Origin: an uncultured Methylomirabilota bacterium
Lineage (GTDB): Bacteria; Methylomirabilota; Methylomirabilia; Methylomirabilales; 2-02-FULL-66-22
Direction of reading: 5' to 3'
DNA length: 64,000 bases
NCBI GenBank assembly: GCA_963705305.1
Contig: OY970067.1
Span: forward strand, 2,752,001 to 2,816,000
Part shown: in pieces, positions 10,153 to 19,225 of the stretch
How the letters are laid out: each line of letters opens with the position of its first letter
Numbering within the stretch: position 1 is the first letter of the stretch
Position numbers and translations under genes: made by a program
Notes under the pieces: generated by a model
The model's database searches: none
What the model saw: the letters and a program-made list of their open reading frames with translations, nothing else
Told to the model about the DNA's origin: nothing

Positions 10153-11952
10153 ATGGCGGCATTTACCACCCGCCCGGTCATCCGGGGAACGCGTGGGGTT
10201 GTTACGTCGGGTCATTACCTGGCCACGGCTGCCGGCTTTCGCATCATGGAGAAGGGCGGCAACGCCATCGATGCGGCGGCGGCGATGTGCTTCTGCCTCA
10301 ATCTTCTCGAGCCCCAGAGCAACGGCATCGGCGGCGAGGTGCCGACGCTCGTCTATTCGGCAAAGGAGGGGAAGGCCTACGCGGTGTGCGGGTTGGGGTG
10401 GTCGCCCCGGGCCTTCACCATCGAGTGGTGCCGGACACACGCCATTGACCTCATCCCGGGAGACGGGTACCTGCCCGCCTGCGTCCCCGCCGTGGTGGAC
10501 ACCTGGGCGACCGCCGTGGCCCGCTTCGGGACGCTGCGCTTTCGGGACGTCTTGCAGCCCGCCATCGAGCTGGCCGAGAACGGCTTTCCTGTCTACGAGG
10601 GCCTCCACGAGAGCTTGGCCGCCAACCGGGAGAAGTTCGCAAGCCAGTATCCCACCACCGGCGAGATCTACCTGCCGGGAGGGCGAGTTCCCGAGGTGGG
10701 GGAGATCTGGCGGAACCCTGACTGGGCCAATGTCCTCAAAGCGCTGTGCCGCGCCGAGGCGGATGCCGAGCACAAGGGGCGCCTGGCCGGCATCGAGGCG
10801 GCCCGGGACGCCTTCTACAAAGGGAAGATCGCCGAGCAGATCGTGGCCTTCATCACCTCGACGCCGGTGGGAGACGCCAGCGGCGCGGCGCACACAGGGC
10901 TGCTGTCCTACGAGGACCTGGCGGAATGGCACGCCGGCGTGGAGGAGACGATCACGCTGCGCTACCGGGGGCTGGATGTCCACAAGTGTCCGCCCTGGAC
11001 CCAGGGGCCGGTGTTTCTCCAGCAATTGGCCCTCCTGCAAGGGTACGACCTCGCCGGCCTCGGCCACAACTCGGCGGAGTGCCTCCATCTGTTGATCGAG
11101 TCAGCCAAGCTGGCCTTTGCCGACCGCGAGGCCTATTACGGCGATCCGCGGTTCGACCAGGTCCCGCTGGATACCCTGCTGTCGCCCGCCTACACGGAGA
11201 AGCGGCGGCAGCTCATTGGAAGGGAGGCCTCGCGGGAGATGCGGCCGGGCGACGTCGGCCGGGGGGTTCCCGCCTACGCCACCTTCGATGTGGTGGGAGA
11301 CAACCGGCGGGCTCTCCAGATCGTCGGGCGGGCGGTGCAGGACCTGGGGTTTGGGCATGCCCACGTGGGCGACACGACCCACCTGGATGCCGTGGACCGC
11401 GAGGGCAACATGGTGGCGGCCACACCCAGCGGAGGCTGGATCGGCAGTTCGCCCGTCGTCCGGGGGCTGGGATTCCCCTTGGGGACGCGCGGCCAGATGT
11501 TCTACCTGAATGCCCAGCGGCCCAACGCCCTGGCTCCCCGCAAGCGCCCGCGGGCCACCCTGACCCCCTCCCTGGTGACCAGGGATGGCCACCCGTTCAT
11601 GGTCTTCGGCACACCGGGGGGCGACGGGCAGGACCAGTGGACCCTGCAGTTCTTCCTCAACTATCTGGTATTCGGCATGAACATCCAGGAGGCCTTGGAC
11701 GCGCCGACGCTTCACTCGGTCCACTTCCCGTCCTCCTTCTATCCGCGCCCCGCCTTCCCTGGCCGGGTGGATGCCGAGGCCGGGATTACCCCCGGGGTTG
11801 TGGCGGAGCTGGAGCGGCGCGGCCACGAGGTCACGCTGGTCGACCAGTGGGCCAACGGCAAGGTCATGGGGATCCACTACAACCAGGCGCAGGGAATCTT
11901 GGAGGGGGGGGTCTCCCCCCGGCGCCAGATCGGCTACGGTCTCGGATGGTGA
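10153..11952 (+). CDS. ggt: Gamma-glutamyltransferase family protein
   Basis: GGNAIDAA, KLAFADR, nucleophile GDTTHL, PRKRPRATL, GTPGGD. Confidence 0.92.
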   Translation: MAAFTTRPVIRGTRGVVTSGHYLATAAGFRIMEKGGNAIDAAAAMCFCLNLLEPQSNGIGGEVPTLVYSAKEGKAYAVCGLGWSPRAFTIEWCRTHAIDLIPGDGYLPACVPAVVDTWATAVARFGTLRFRDVLQPAIELAENGFPVYEGLHESLAANREKFASQYPTTGEIYLPGGRVPEVGEIWRNPDWANVLKALCRAEADAEHKGRLAGIEAARDAFYKGKIAEQIVAFITSTPVGDASGAAHTGLLSYEDLAEWHAGVEETITLRYRGLDVHKCPPWTQGPVFLQQLALLQGYDLAGLGHNSAECLHLLIESAKLAFADREAYYGDPRFDQVPLDTLLSPAYTEKRRQLIGREASREMRPGDVGRGVPAYATFDVVGDNRRALQIVGRAVQDLGFGHAHVGDTTHLDAVDREGNMVAATPSGGWIGSSPVVRGLGFPLGTRGQMFYLNAQRPNALAPRKRPRATLTPSLVTRDGHPFMVFGTPGGDGQDQWTLQFFLNYLVFGMNIQEALDAPTLHSVHFPSSFYPRPAFPGRVDAEAGITPGVVAELERRGHEVTLVDQWANGKVMGIHYNQAQGILEGGVSPRRQIGYGLGW

Positions 11953-12016
11953 GCAGGCGGTCGTCGGGACCGAATCGCGAAAGGGTCGGTCTGCCGCGCG
12001 AACGGCAGCTCCCGCC

Positions 12017-12178
12017 ATGATCGATCTCCACACCTTCTCCATCGCCGCCCGCGATCCGCAGCGAGGGGAATTTGGCGTGGCCGTGTCGACGGCCCGCCCA
12101 AACGTCGGGAGCCTGGTCCCCCACGTCAGCGGGGTGAAAAACGCAAAAGCCTTGACAGTGGGCATCACCGGCATGTAG
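12017..12178 (+). pseudogene. Truncated DUF1028-family (Ntn-hydrolase-like) gene, 5' fragment
   Basis: TFSIAARDPQRGEFGVAVST..PNVGSLVP matches the family N-terminus; stops after 53 aa. Confidence 0.7.
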
Positions 12179-12224
12179 GCTCCACAGTGAATAGCCCCCT
12201 TGCGTCAACGAGGAGCATCGCCGG

Positions 12225-12602
12225 ATGGCAAAGATCCTGGTTGTGGATGACGAGCCGCTGCTTCGCCTCATGCTTCGCGACGGCCTGGAAATGGCGGGGT
12301 ACACGGTAGTCGAGGCGCAGTCTGGACGGGAGGCGCTGGACATGGCCAAGACCGAACGCCCCGACTGCATCCTGCTGGACATTATGATGCCGGACATGGA
12401 TGGCTACGAGACCTGCAAGGCCCTGAAGGCGGTCCCCGGTCTAGGCTCCATTCCGGTGCTCTTGGTCTCCGCCACCAGCGACCTGCGGGTGGTGGATCAG
12501 GCGGAGCAGGCCGGCGCCACCGGCATCCTGCCCAAGCCGGTTCCCGTCGAGCAGCTTCAGCATACCGTCGCCCTCGCCCTCGCCAGCCCGCAAGGGTTGT
12601 AG
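12225..12602 (+). CDS. Single-domain CheY-like response regulator
   Basis: KILVVDDE, LLDIMMPDMDG, PKP; GAGGAG RBS. Confidence 0.92.
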   Translation: MAKILVVDDEPLLRLMLRDGLEMAGYTVVEAQSGREALDMAKTERPDCILLDIMMPDMDGYETCKALKAVPGLGSIPVLLVSATSDLRVVDQAEQAGATGILPKPVPVEQLQHTVALALASPQGL

Positions 12603-12792
12603 GCGCCTCGCCCACGAATTCCGACGAGCCAGCGCATTTCCAGCGGCGCGCCGATTGCGGCCGGCTACCCGGCCCTGGACCTGGCGCAAAGAGCCTTGAT
12701 GGCCTTGGGCTAAACGGCTACCATCGCCCCGGCGCGCGCGGCGAGCCCGCGGGAAAAGGTCCCCGCGCTTGCGGCGCGATCACGGAGTCCAG

Positions 12793-13986
12793 ATGGATCG
12801 GCCGCCCCCCATACGACCCGCCGGCGACGGGCCGGCTGGCCTGTCCCGAAAAATCAAAGACCGAGCAATCGCCCTGGGCTTCGACCGGGTGGGGATCTCT
12901 CCAGTGGATGATCCATTGCACGGCCGGGCATTTGCCGAGTGGCTGCGGCGGGGATACCACGGCGAGATGGCCTACCTGGCCCGCACGCAAGCGCAGCGCT
13001 CGCATCCCGCGGCATTTCTCCCGTGGGCCAGGTCTGTCGTCTCGGTGGGGCTGAGCTACAATACTGCGCATCCCCGAGAGAACGCGGGTGGACTGCACGG
13101 CCGAGTCTCCCGGTACGCGTGGGGCGCCGACTATCACGACGGAATGCGGGAGGGACTCGGGAGGTTGCTGGAGGATGTCTGCCGGGAGGTCGGCGGCACC
13201 GTCCAAGGACGGATCTGCGTAGATGTGGAGCCGGTTCTCGACCGCCAGGCGGGAGCACGGGGGGGGATCGGCTGGTTCGGCAAGAACACGAACCTGCTGG
13301 CGATGGGGCTGGGATCGTTCTTCTTCCTGGGCGAGCTTTTCCTGGGCCTCGAGCTGGCGTACGACCGACCGGCCCAGGGCCGTTGCGGCCGCTGCCGGCT
13401 ATGCCTCGACGCCTGTCCCACCGGGGCGTTCGTAGCTCCCTACCTCCTGGATGCCCGCCGGTGTGTCTCCTACCTCACCATTGAGCTGAAGGGCGCCATT
13501 CCTCGGGAGTTGCGGCCGCTGATGGGCACCCATGTCTTCGGCTGCGACATCTGCCAGGACGTCTGCCCCTACAACACCCATGCCGCACGAACGGAGGCGC
13601 CGGCCTTTCAGCCGCGGGGGCTCCATGGACCGGAGTTGCTGCCCTTGCTCCCGCTGACCGAGGCGGGATTCCGGGCGCGATTCCGCGGCAGCCCTATCCT
13701 GCGGGCCAAGCGGCAGGGCCTTCTGCGCAACGTCTGCGTGGCCCTGGGGAATCTCCGCCGAGCCGAGGCGGTTCCGGCGCTGGTGCGGAGTCTGTGCGGG
13801 GACCCCGATTCGCTGGTGCGGGCCCATGCCGCCTGGGCGCTGGGGCGAATCGGGACGATCGGGGCGGCCGCGGGTCTGCGGCAAACCCTGGAGGTGGAGA
13901 CGAACCTTTCCGTGCGGGAAGAGATCGGGGCGGCGCTGGTGGAGGCCGCGGCCGGGAAGACCGACCGGTACGGAAACGGCGGGTGA
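12793..13986 (+). CDS. queG: tRNA epoxyqueuosine(34) reductase
   Basis: RVSRYAWGADYH, GWFGKN, CGRCRLCLDACPT, CVSYLTIE, GCDICQDVCP; HEAT-like C-terminus. Confidence 0.95.
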   Translation: MDRPPPIRPAGDGPAGLSRKIKDRAIALGFDRVGISPVDDPLHGRAFAEWLRRGYHGEMAYLARTQAQRSHPAAFLPWARSVVSVGLSYNTAHPRENAGGLHGRVSRYAWGADYHDGMREGLGRLLEDVCREVGGTVQGRICVDVEPVLDRQAGARGGIGWFGKNTNLLAMGLGSFFFLGELFLGLELAYDRPAQGRCGRCRLCLDACPTGAFVAPYLLDARRCVSYLTIELKGAIPRELRPLMGTHVFGCDICQDVCPYNTHAARTEAPAFQPRGLHGPELLPLLPLTEAGFRARFRGSPILRAKRQGLLRNVCVALGNLRRAEAVPALVRSLCGDPDSLVRAHAAWALGRIGTIGAAAGLRQTLEVETNLSVREEIGAALVEAAAGKTDRYGNGG

Positions 13987-14283
13987 CCTAACCCTGATCC
14001 GAAAGAACCGTTCTACCGCCATGACGCCAAGGGCCTACAATTTAAAAATCCCGGCGGCTTCGACCTGGGGCACCGGATTACCTCCTCAGGGAACATCACG
14101 GGGATCCAAGCCTTTGGTATTTTGCCCATTCCGGCCGTGCCATTCTTGGCGCTTGGCGGTGAGGTGTTTTCAGAATGGGGTTAACCTACCCTCCTCTCGA
14201 GGGTGTCGCAGTTTGCCGACCGGCGGATGGGCTCGGACGCCCCGCCACCACACGTGTCTGGCGGGGCTCGGTCTGCCCGGACG

Positions 14284-14472
14284 TCACTTGTCCAGCAAAC
14301 CCTGCAGTCGATCCCTGGCCTGGCGCGCGCGCTCCAAGTGGTGCCCGCAGATCTGGAGGATCTCGTTCCGCAGCGTGGGCCGGAGGGTCGCCAGGAACGT
14401 GATGAGGCCGTCCAGCGCCTCGTCCAGCGCCCGCACCGCGGTTGCGATCTCCTTCTGGACTTCGTCGTCCAT
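14284..14472 (-). CDS. Small helical hypothetical protein, 62 aa (MDDEVQKEIATAVRALDEAL...)
   Basis: AGGAG/GGAGG RBS; amphipathic helical sequence; coding-like codon usage. Confidence 0.65.
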   Translation of the reverse strand: MDDEVQKEIATAVRALDEALDGLITFLATLRPTLRNEILQICGHHLERARQARDRLQGLLDK

Positions 14473-14631
14473 GCCGCCCTCCGCACTCCTTTTGATATGA
14501 CAAGGCCGCGAGGCCCGGAGAGAGTTGCTGCGGTCGAGGGGCAACTCCATGCTATCACGGCAACCGCAGGCGCCGGGAGCCGGATCCCGCCGCCGCTCGA
14601 CGCGTGCGGTGTCGACAGGAGAAAATGGATC

Positions 14632-15024
14632 ATGCCAGAGTTTTGCGTTCGAACGAGCCAGACGCAAGAGATGGTGGATATCACCGCCAGGGTGGATGAG
14701 CTGGTGCGCGGGTCGGGTGTGGCCGACGGCCTCTGCCTGGTGTATCTGCCGCACGCGACCGCCGCCGTGGCGATCAACGAGAACGCCGATCCGAACGTCT
14801 GCCAGGACATCCTGGACGCGCTGGCCCGCCTGATTCCCGACGGGGCGTGGCGGCACGACCGGATCGACAACAACGCTGCTGCGCACATCAAGGCGACGAT
14901 CCTGGGACCCGGCCAAACCGTTCCGGTACGGGGTGGACGCCTCCGGCTGGGCACCTGGCAGAGCCTGATGCTGGTCGAGTTCGACGGCCCGCGGGAGCGG
15001 ACGGTCATCGTCGAGGTCCGTTGA
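14632..15024 (+). CDS. yjbQ: YjbQ family (secondary thiamine-phosphate synthase)
   Basis: HATAAVAINENADP, NAAAHIKA, LGTWQ, EFDGPRER. Confidence 0.92.
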   Translation: MPEFCVRTSQTQEMVDITARVDELVRGSGVADGLCLVYLPHATAAVAINENADPNVCQDILDALARLIPDGAWRHDRIDNNAAAHIKATILGPGQTVPVRGGRLRLGTWQSLMLVEFDGPRERTVIVEVR

Positions 15025-15176
15025 TCGATCGGAAGGAGGCTGGGCCCCAGGAGACCCCCTCTCACCGCCCGGGCGCCTCTTGCGTCCGGGCGGGAGGCGG
15101 TATTGCTCCGCGATCGGTGAGGGGCCGGCGTGACCGGCCTGTCCTCGCGATTCCGCGCGCCCCTCCGACCTCCGCG

Positions 15177-16397
15177 TCAGCCGGGTTGTTGCGAGTCCTT
15201 GCGGCGATGGTGGCGACGCTCGGACTGGTTGCCGGCCCGCTCGAGGACAGTGACCACGCTCACAATGGCCACCGCCTGCACCACCAGGACGACCGCCTCC
15301 CGCGTGCGGGCATTCACCAGCGCAATGGCGGCCAGTCCCATGGAAAGCGACAGGAGGAAGATGAGGAGAACGGTCTTTCGTTTGCTGCGAAGCAGGGCCT
15401 CCAGCCGATGGTGCAGATGGTCCTTTCCCACGTAGGCGATCCACTGGCCGAAGGTGCGGACCTTGCCGGAGGTGATGCGGGATATCGTGATGTGGGCCAT
15501 GTCAAAGATGAAGACCCAGAAGATGAGCACAGGGGCGGCCAGATCGATGATGTTGTTCTCGGCCCAGTCGCCTTTCACGGCCAGGGCGGCCAGAACAAAG
15601 CCGAGGAACGTGCTGCCAACGTCGCCCAGGAAGATGGCCGCCGGACGCTTGGGGCGGAAGTTGAATGGCAGGAAGCCCAGGCAGCTTCCCACGATGGCAA
15701 CGGCGAACCAGCCGAGGAAGGGCTGGAACGTCAGGGCCGCAAAGATTCCCAGGAAGCCCGCGGTGATGACGCTCAGGCCGGTGGCCAGGCCGTCCATGCC
15801 ATCGAAGAAATTCATGGCGTTGGTGATGCCCAGCAGCCAGACGACGGTGAGCAGAATGTCCACCACATCGGCCGGCCATCGCCAGGGAAACAGCGTGAGG
15901 ACGACCCCGGAGGCTATGACCAGGGCCACGGCCGCGAGCTGGGCCAGCAACCTCACCCCTGCCGGCACGCCGTGCATGTCGTCCAGAATGCCGACGACAA
16001 CCAGGAGGGTTCCGCCCACCAGGATGGAGACGACCTGCGTGTCCAGAATGGAGTTGGCGAGGACGGAGACCAAGAAAGCGAGATAAATCGCCAGGCCGCC
16101 CAGGAGGGGAGTCGGGGTGGAGTGCACCTTGCGAGCCGCCGGCAGGTCCAGGACCCCGGAGTAATGGGCCAGCCTCATGGTCAAGGGGGTCAGGGCGAAG
16201 GAGATCAGGAAGGATACGACCAGGATGTAGGCCCAGCGCCATCCCAGCCGGTGCCACGTATCCCGCACGGGGGACAGCAGGAGGCAGCCGGCCAGCATCA
16301 GGATCGCCAGGCTGATCCACCACGGGCATCGGGCAATGCCCGTGGCTTCCGGCGGGAGGGCCCAGGAACGCGTGTCTTGGCGCATAGGGTCGCTCAC
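15177..16397 (-). CDS. wecA: WecA/MraY-family undecaprenyl-phosphate sugar-1-phosphate transferase
   Basis: RKVHSTPTPLLGG, GILDD, NAMNFFDGMDGL, IFLGDVGS, HLHHRL. Confidence 0.9.
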   Translation of the reverse strand: MSDPMRQDTRSWALPPEATGIARCPWWISLAILMLAGCLLLSPVRDTWHRLGWRWAYILVVSFLISFALTPLTMRLAHYSGVLDLPAARKVHSTPTPLLGGLAIYLAFLVSVLANSILDTQVVSILVGGTLLVVVGILDDMHGVPAGVRLLAQLAAVALVIASGVVLTLFPWRWPADVVDILLTVVWLLGITNAMNFFDGMDGLATGLSVITAGFLGIFAALTFQPFLGWFAVAIVGSCLGFLPFNFRPKRPAAIFLGDVGSTFLGFVLAALAVKGDWAENNIIDLAAPVLIFWVFIFDMAHITISRITSGKVRTFGQWIAYVGKDHLHHRLEALLRSKRKTVLLIFLLSLSMGLAAIALVNARTREAVVLVVQAVAIVSVVTVLERAGNQSERRHHRRKDSQQPG

Positions 16398-17434
16398 TCG
16401 AAGAGGCCCCGGAAAGCGTTCGCCACGGTGCGCTCCTCCTGGAGGGTGAGGGTCGGGTACAGGGGAAGGGACAGGCTCCTTCGAAAGGCTTCGGTGGTCC
16501 CCGGGAATCCCTCCACTCCGAGGGTCACGTGAATGGGCTGAAAGACCGGCGGCCGCGCCGTGACCCCCAGGGCGGCCAGGCGGCGGGAAGCGGCAGCGGC
16601 CCGCATCGGCAGGGCCACGACGAATCGATGATAGGCGTGACGGCGCGTGTCGTCAACCCAGGGGAGCCCGACGGGCAGGTCGGAGAAGCGGCGCCGGTAC
16701 CGGCCGGCGATGGCCGCCCGTCGCGCCAGGGCCGCGGGAAAACGGCGAAGCTGGCTGCGTCCCAGGGCGGCCTGAAAATCGGTGAGCTTGTAGTTGAAGC
16801 GGACGACATGCCGGCGGCGCTCGTCGTAGTCCCGGCGATCGCGGACTCGCTCCAAGAGCCGCCGGTCCCGGCTGAGGACCATGCCTCCTTCGCCGGTGGT
16901 CAGGAGCTTGGTAGCGTAGAAGGAGGCGACGCCGACCTCTCCGAAGCCGCCGACGGGCCGGCCGCGGTAGGAGGCGCCCACGGCCTGCGCGCAGTCCTCG
17001 ACGATCGGGACCCCCAGCCCGCACAGCGCGTCCAACTCTGCGGGGAGGCCGAATTGATGCGAGACGATGATTGCCCGGGTGCGCCGGGTCAGGCGGCGAC
17101 GGACGTCCGCGGGATCAAGCGTGTACGTGGCCGGGTCCACATCGGCCAGCCGGGGTCGGGCCCCGGTGTATTCAACGGCGTGGAGCGGCGCCACGCACAC
17201 GAACGCGGGCAGGATGACCTCATCCCCGGGGCCGATCCCGAGCCCCAGCAGGGCCAAGTGCAGGGCGGCAGTGCCGGAGCTCACCGCGACCCCGGGCGGG
17301 AGGCGCAGGAAGGCGCCCACCTCCCCCTCGAACGCGGAGACTTCGGCCCCCTGGGCCAACGCGCCGCGCCGGAGGGCGCGCGACACGGACAGGACATCGG
17401 CCGACGTGATCCAGGGTCGGGAGTGAGGGACCAT
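16394..17434 (-). CDS. DegT/DnrJ/EryC1/StrS sugar aminotransferase
   Basis: SSGTAALHL, EDCAQA, SFYATKLLTTGEGG, NYKLTDFQAALG, LSLPLYP. Confidence 0.92.
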   Translation of the reverse strand: MVPHSRPWITSADVLSVSRALRRGALAQGAEVSAFEGEVGAFLRLPPGVAVSSGTAALHLALLGLGIGPGDEVILPAFVCVAPLHAVEYTGARPRLADVDPATYTLDPADVRRRLTRRTRAIIVSHQFGLPAELDALCGLGVPIVEDCAQAVGASYRGRPVGGFGEVGVASFYATKLLTTGEGGMVLSRDRRLLERVRDRRDYDERRRHVVRFNYKLTDFQAALGRSQLRRFPAALARRAAIAGRYRRRFSDLPVGLPWVDDTRRHAYHRFVVALPMRAAAASRRLAALGVTARPPVFQPIHVTLGVEGFPGTTEAFRRSLSLPLYPTLTLQEERTVANAFRGLFE

Positions 17435-17511
17435 ATTCGTTGATGTGTCAATTGGTCGAGTTGTCAACTTGTCAGAACCCACCGGAGACGAACACCCCGC
17501 TCGCGAAATAG

Positions 17512-17757
17512 TCATCCTATCGGGGCTTGGCTCCGTGAACCCTTCTTCCTGGGAGTTGAGGCGGCCTTTCTCTCAAGGGAATTGATGCAAGCGTTGAGCT
17601 GTGGCTCCAACTCATCCACTAGCCCGCAAAGGTGTTGGTATTTTGCCTCAGAAACGATCTTACGAACCGCTACCCTTCGCAACCAGAATCGTGTTTCCTT
17701 CAGGGACCCTCTTCCGTGGTAGTCGAACGCAATCTCCTCTCGATAATGAAATCGCCC
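17512..17757 (-). pseudogene. 3' half of a four-helix-bundle (23S rRNA IVP/bAvd-like) protein gene
   Basis: GRFHYREEIAFDYHGRGSLKETRFWL resembles the family's GR...F..(A)RGS..E motif; no in-frame start; flanked by inverted octamer arrays. Confidence 0.7.
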
Positions 17758-17792
17758 ATTGACCGATCGACTCGTTGACGAGTTGACTGCTC

Positions 17793-18413
17793 TCAGGGAT
17801 TGATGTTGATGAACAATCGGAGGGGGACGAAGCCCTCGGCATTCCGCACGCGGCCCTGGATGCCCCGGAAATGGGCGGAGGCGCGGGCGACATCCACGAT
17901 GGAGAGGTTCTCGATATTCGTCTTGCTCACCTGCGAGCGGTGAGCCTGAAGGAGCGCGATCTTCACGTCCAGCACGCTGTCCACGTCCACGAAGACATTG
18001 GGGGAGAAGTTCACGCTGGTCGGTCCCTCGTAGAAAAGGACATTGCGGGTGTAGCGGGTGGCGGTGATGGTGCAGGTGGAGAGATTGCGGTGGTCCTGGT
18101 GGGTGTCCTCGTGGTAGTGGACGAAGATGAATTCCGGCTGGATCTCCTGGATGACTCCTTCCAGCCGCTGGATGAGGGGCCGACCCAGGGGGATGGCGGT
18201 ATCGGGGTACTCCCCCCAGACGAGCTTGGCGGCGCGCATGAGTCGGGCCGCCTCCTCCTGCTCGGCCCGGCGGATCAGTCCGTCGCCGCCTCCACTCCCC
18301 TCGGTCATGACCAGCAGGTAGACCTGGTGGCCCTGCCGGGCGTACTTGGTGAGGGTGCCGCCGCACCCGAACTCGATGTCGTCAGGATGAGCCCCGATGG
18401 CCAGGATTCGCAT
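17793..18413 (-). CDS. PIG-L/LmbE-family deacetylase
   Basis: AHPDDIEFGCGG, RRAEQEEA, DTHQDH, HRSQ, AEGF. Confidence 0.92.
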   Translation of the reverse strand: MRILAIGAHPDDIEFGCGGTLTKYARQGHQVYLLVMTEGSGGGDGLIRRAEQEEAARLMRAAKLVWGEYPDTAIPLGRPLIQRLEGVIQEIQPEFIFVHYHEDTHQDHRNLSTCTITATRYTRNVLFYEGPTSVNFSPNVFVDVDSVLDVKIALLQAHRSQVSKTNIENLSIVDVARASAHFRGIQGRVRNAEGFVPLRLFININP

Positions 18414-18521
18414 GCGTTCCGCCTTTCGGTGAGCGTGCTCCTCGGTGACATCCCCTCAAGACGCCTCGGGCTGCCAGGAAGCGCTCGGCGAGATTGACCA
18501 CGGCCTCCGTGCCCTCTTGTT

Positions 18522-19223
18522 TCATGGGCGGAGAGGCTCCCAGCAGCGCCCCGATCGGAGGACGTTGAGACTCTGGGGGCCGCAATTGAAGAGTAAATCT
18601 ACCACCGCCAGGTGCGAAACAAAAGGCGTATATCGCTGGGTGTAGGTCGGATGCCGATAGGACTGCACCTGGAGGCCGATTCCCGCCTGGATAAACCGTC
18701 CGGCGTCCATATATTCCGGCCCGGCCTGGCCGGCGAGGTACTCGGTGCCGCCCACGGCCCGGCAGAGGTCGATCAGCCGGTCCGTGGGCTCCTCCCGAGC
18801 GTCGAGTTCGGAGGCGAGGATGCGTCGGGTCTGGATTCCAAGCTGGCGGCAGATCAACTCCACCACGGCCACGTTCAGCGGCGAGACTCGCTCCCAGGGC
18901 GTTTCCAGGAGACTCAGCAATTGGGGGCCCAGCGGCTCCCAGAAGGGGGCCCGGCCGTAGTGGAGGCGTAGGGCCTGGCAGTGCTTCCGCACCCAGTCCG
19001 CCCGTTGATTGATCTCCACCCGGTCGATGCGCTCGGGGAACCGGTCGATGATGGGCACGGTCAGCCACTGCCAGCCGTCCTTGATTCGGATGCGATTCCG
19101 GTTCTGCCATTCGTGCTTCTTGAATTGCACCGTGTCCAAGAAGATGAACACATCGGCCGAGTCCAGCTTGTCGAAGTATCCCAGCCAGGGAAGGTACTGG
19201 GGCTGATGGATGGCGACCTTCAT
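18522..19223 (-). CDS. WbqC-family protein
   Basis: IHQPQYLPWLGYFDK, WQNRNRI, WLTVP, DLLFNCG. Confidence 0.92.
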   Translation of the reverse strand: MKVAIHQPQYLPWLGYFDKLDSADVFIFLDTVQFKKHEWQNRNRIRIKDGWQWLTVPIIDRFPERIDRVEINQRADWVRKHCQALRLHYGRAPFWEPLGPQLLSLLETPWERVSPLNVAVVELICRQLGIQTRRILASELDAREEPTDRLIDLCRAVGGTEYLAGQAGPEYMDAGRFIQAGIGLQVQSYRHPTYTQRYTPFVSHLAVVDLLFNCGPQSLNVLRSGRCWEPLRP

Positions 19224-19225
19224 GG

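Noticed and set aside
14000..14280. Possible riboswitch or sRNA (GGCAAA and hairpins) between queG and the 62-aa gene
   Set aside because: Could not build the c-di-GMP-I two-stem consensus by eye; an Infernal/Rfam scan would be needed.
17512..17787. Avd-like gene as a sign of a diversity-generating retroelement
   Set aside because: No reverse transcriptase or TR/VR pair in the window.
17512..18366. 284-aa ORF as a full gene
   Set aside because: Its first ~190 codons are an alternate frame of the PIG-L gene; only the last ~80 codons resemble a four-helix-bundle protein.
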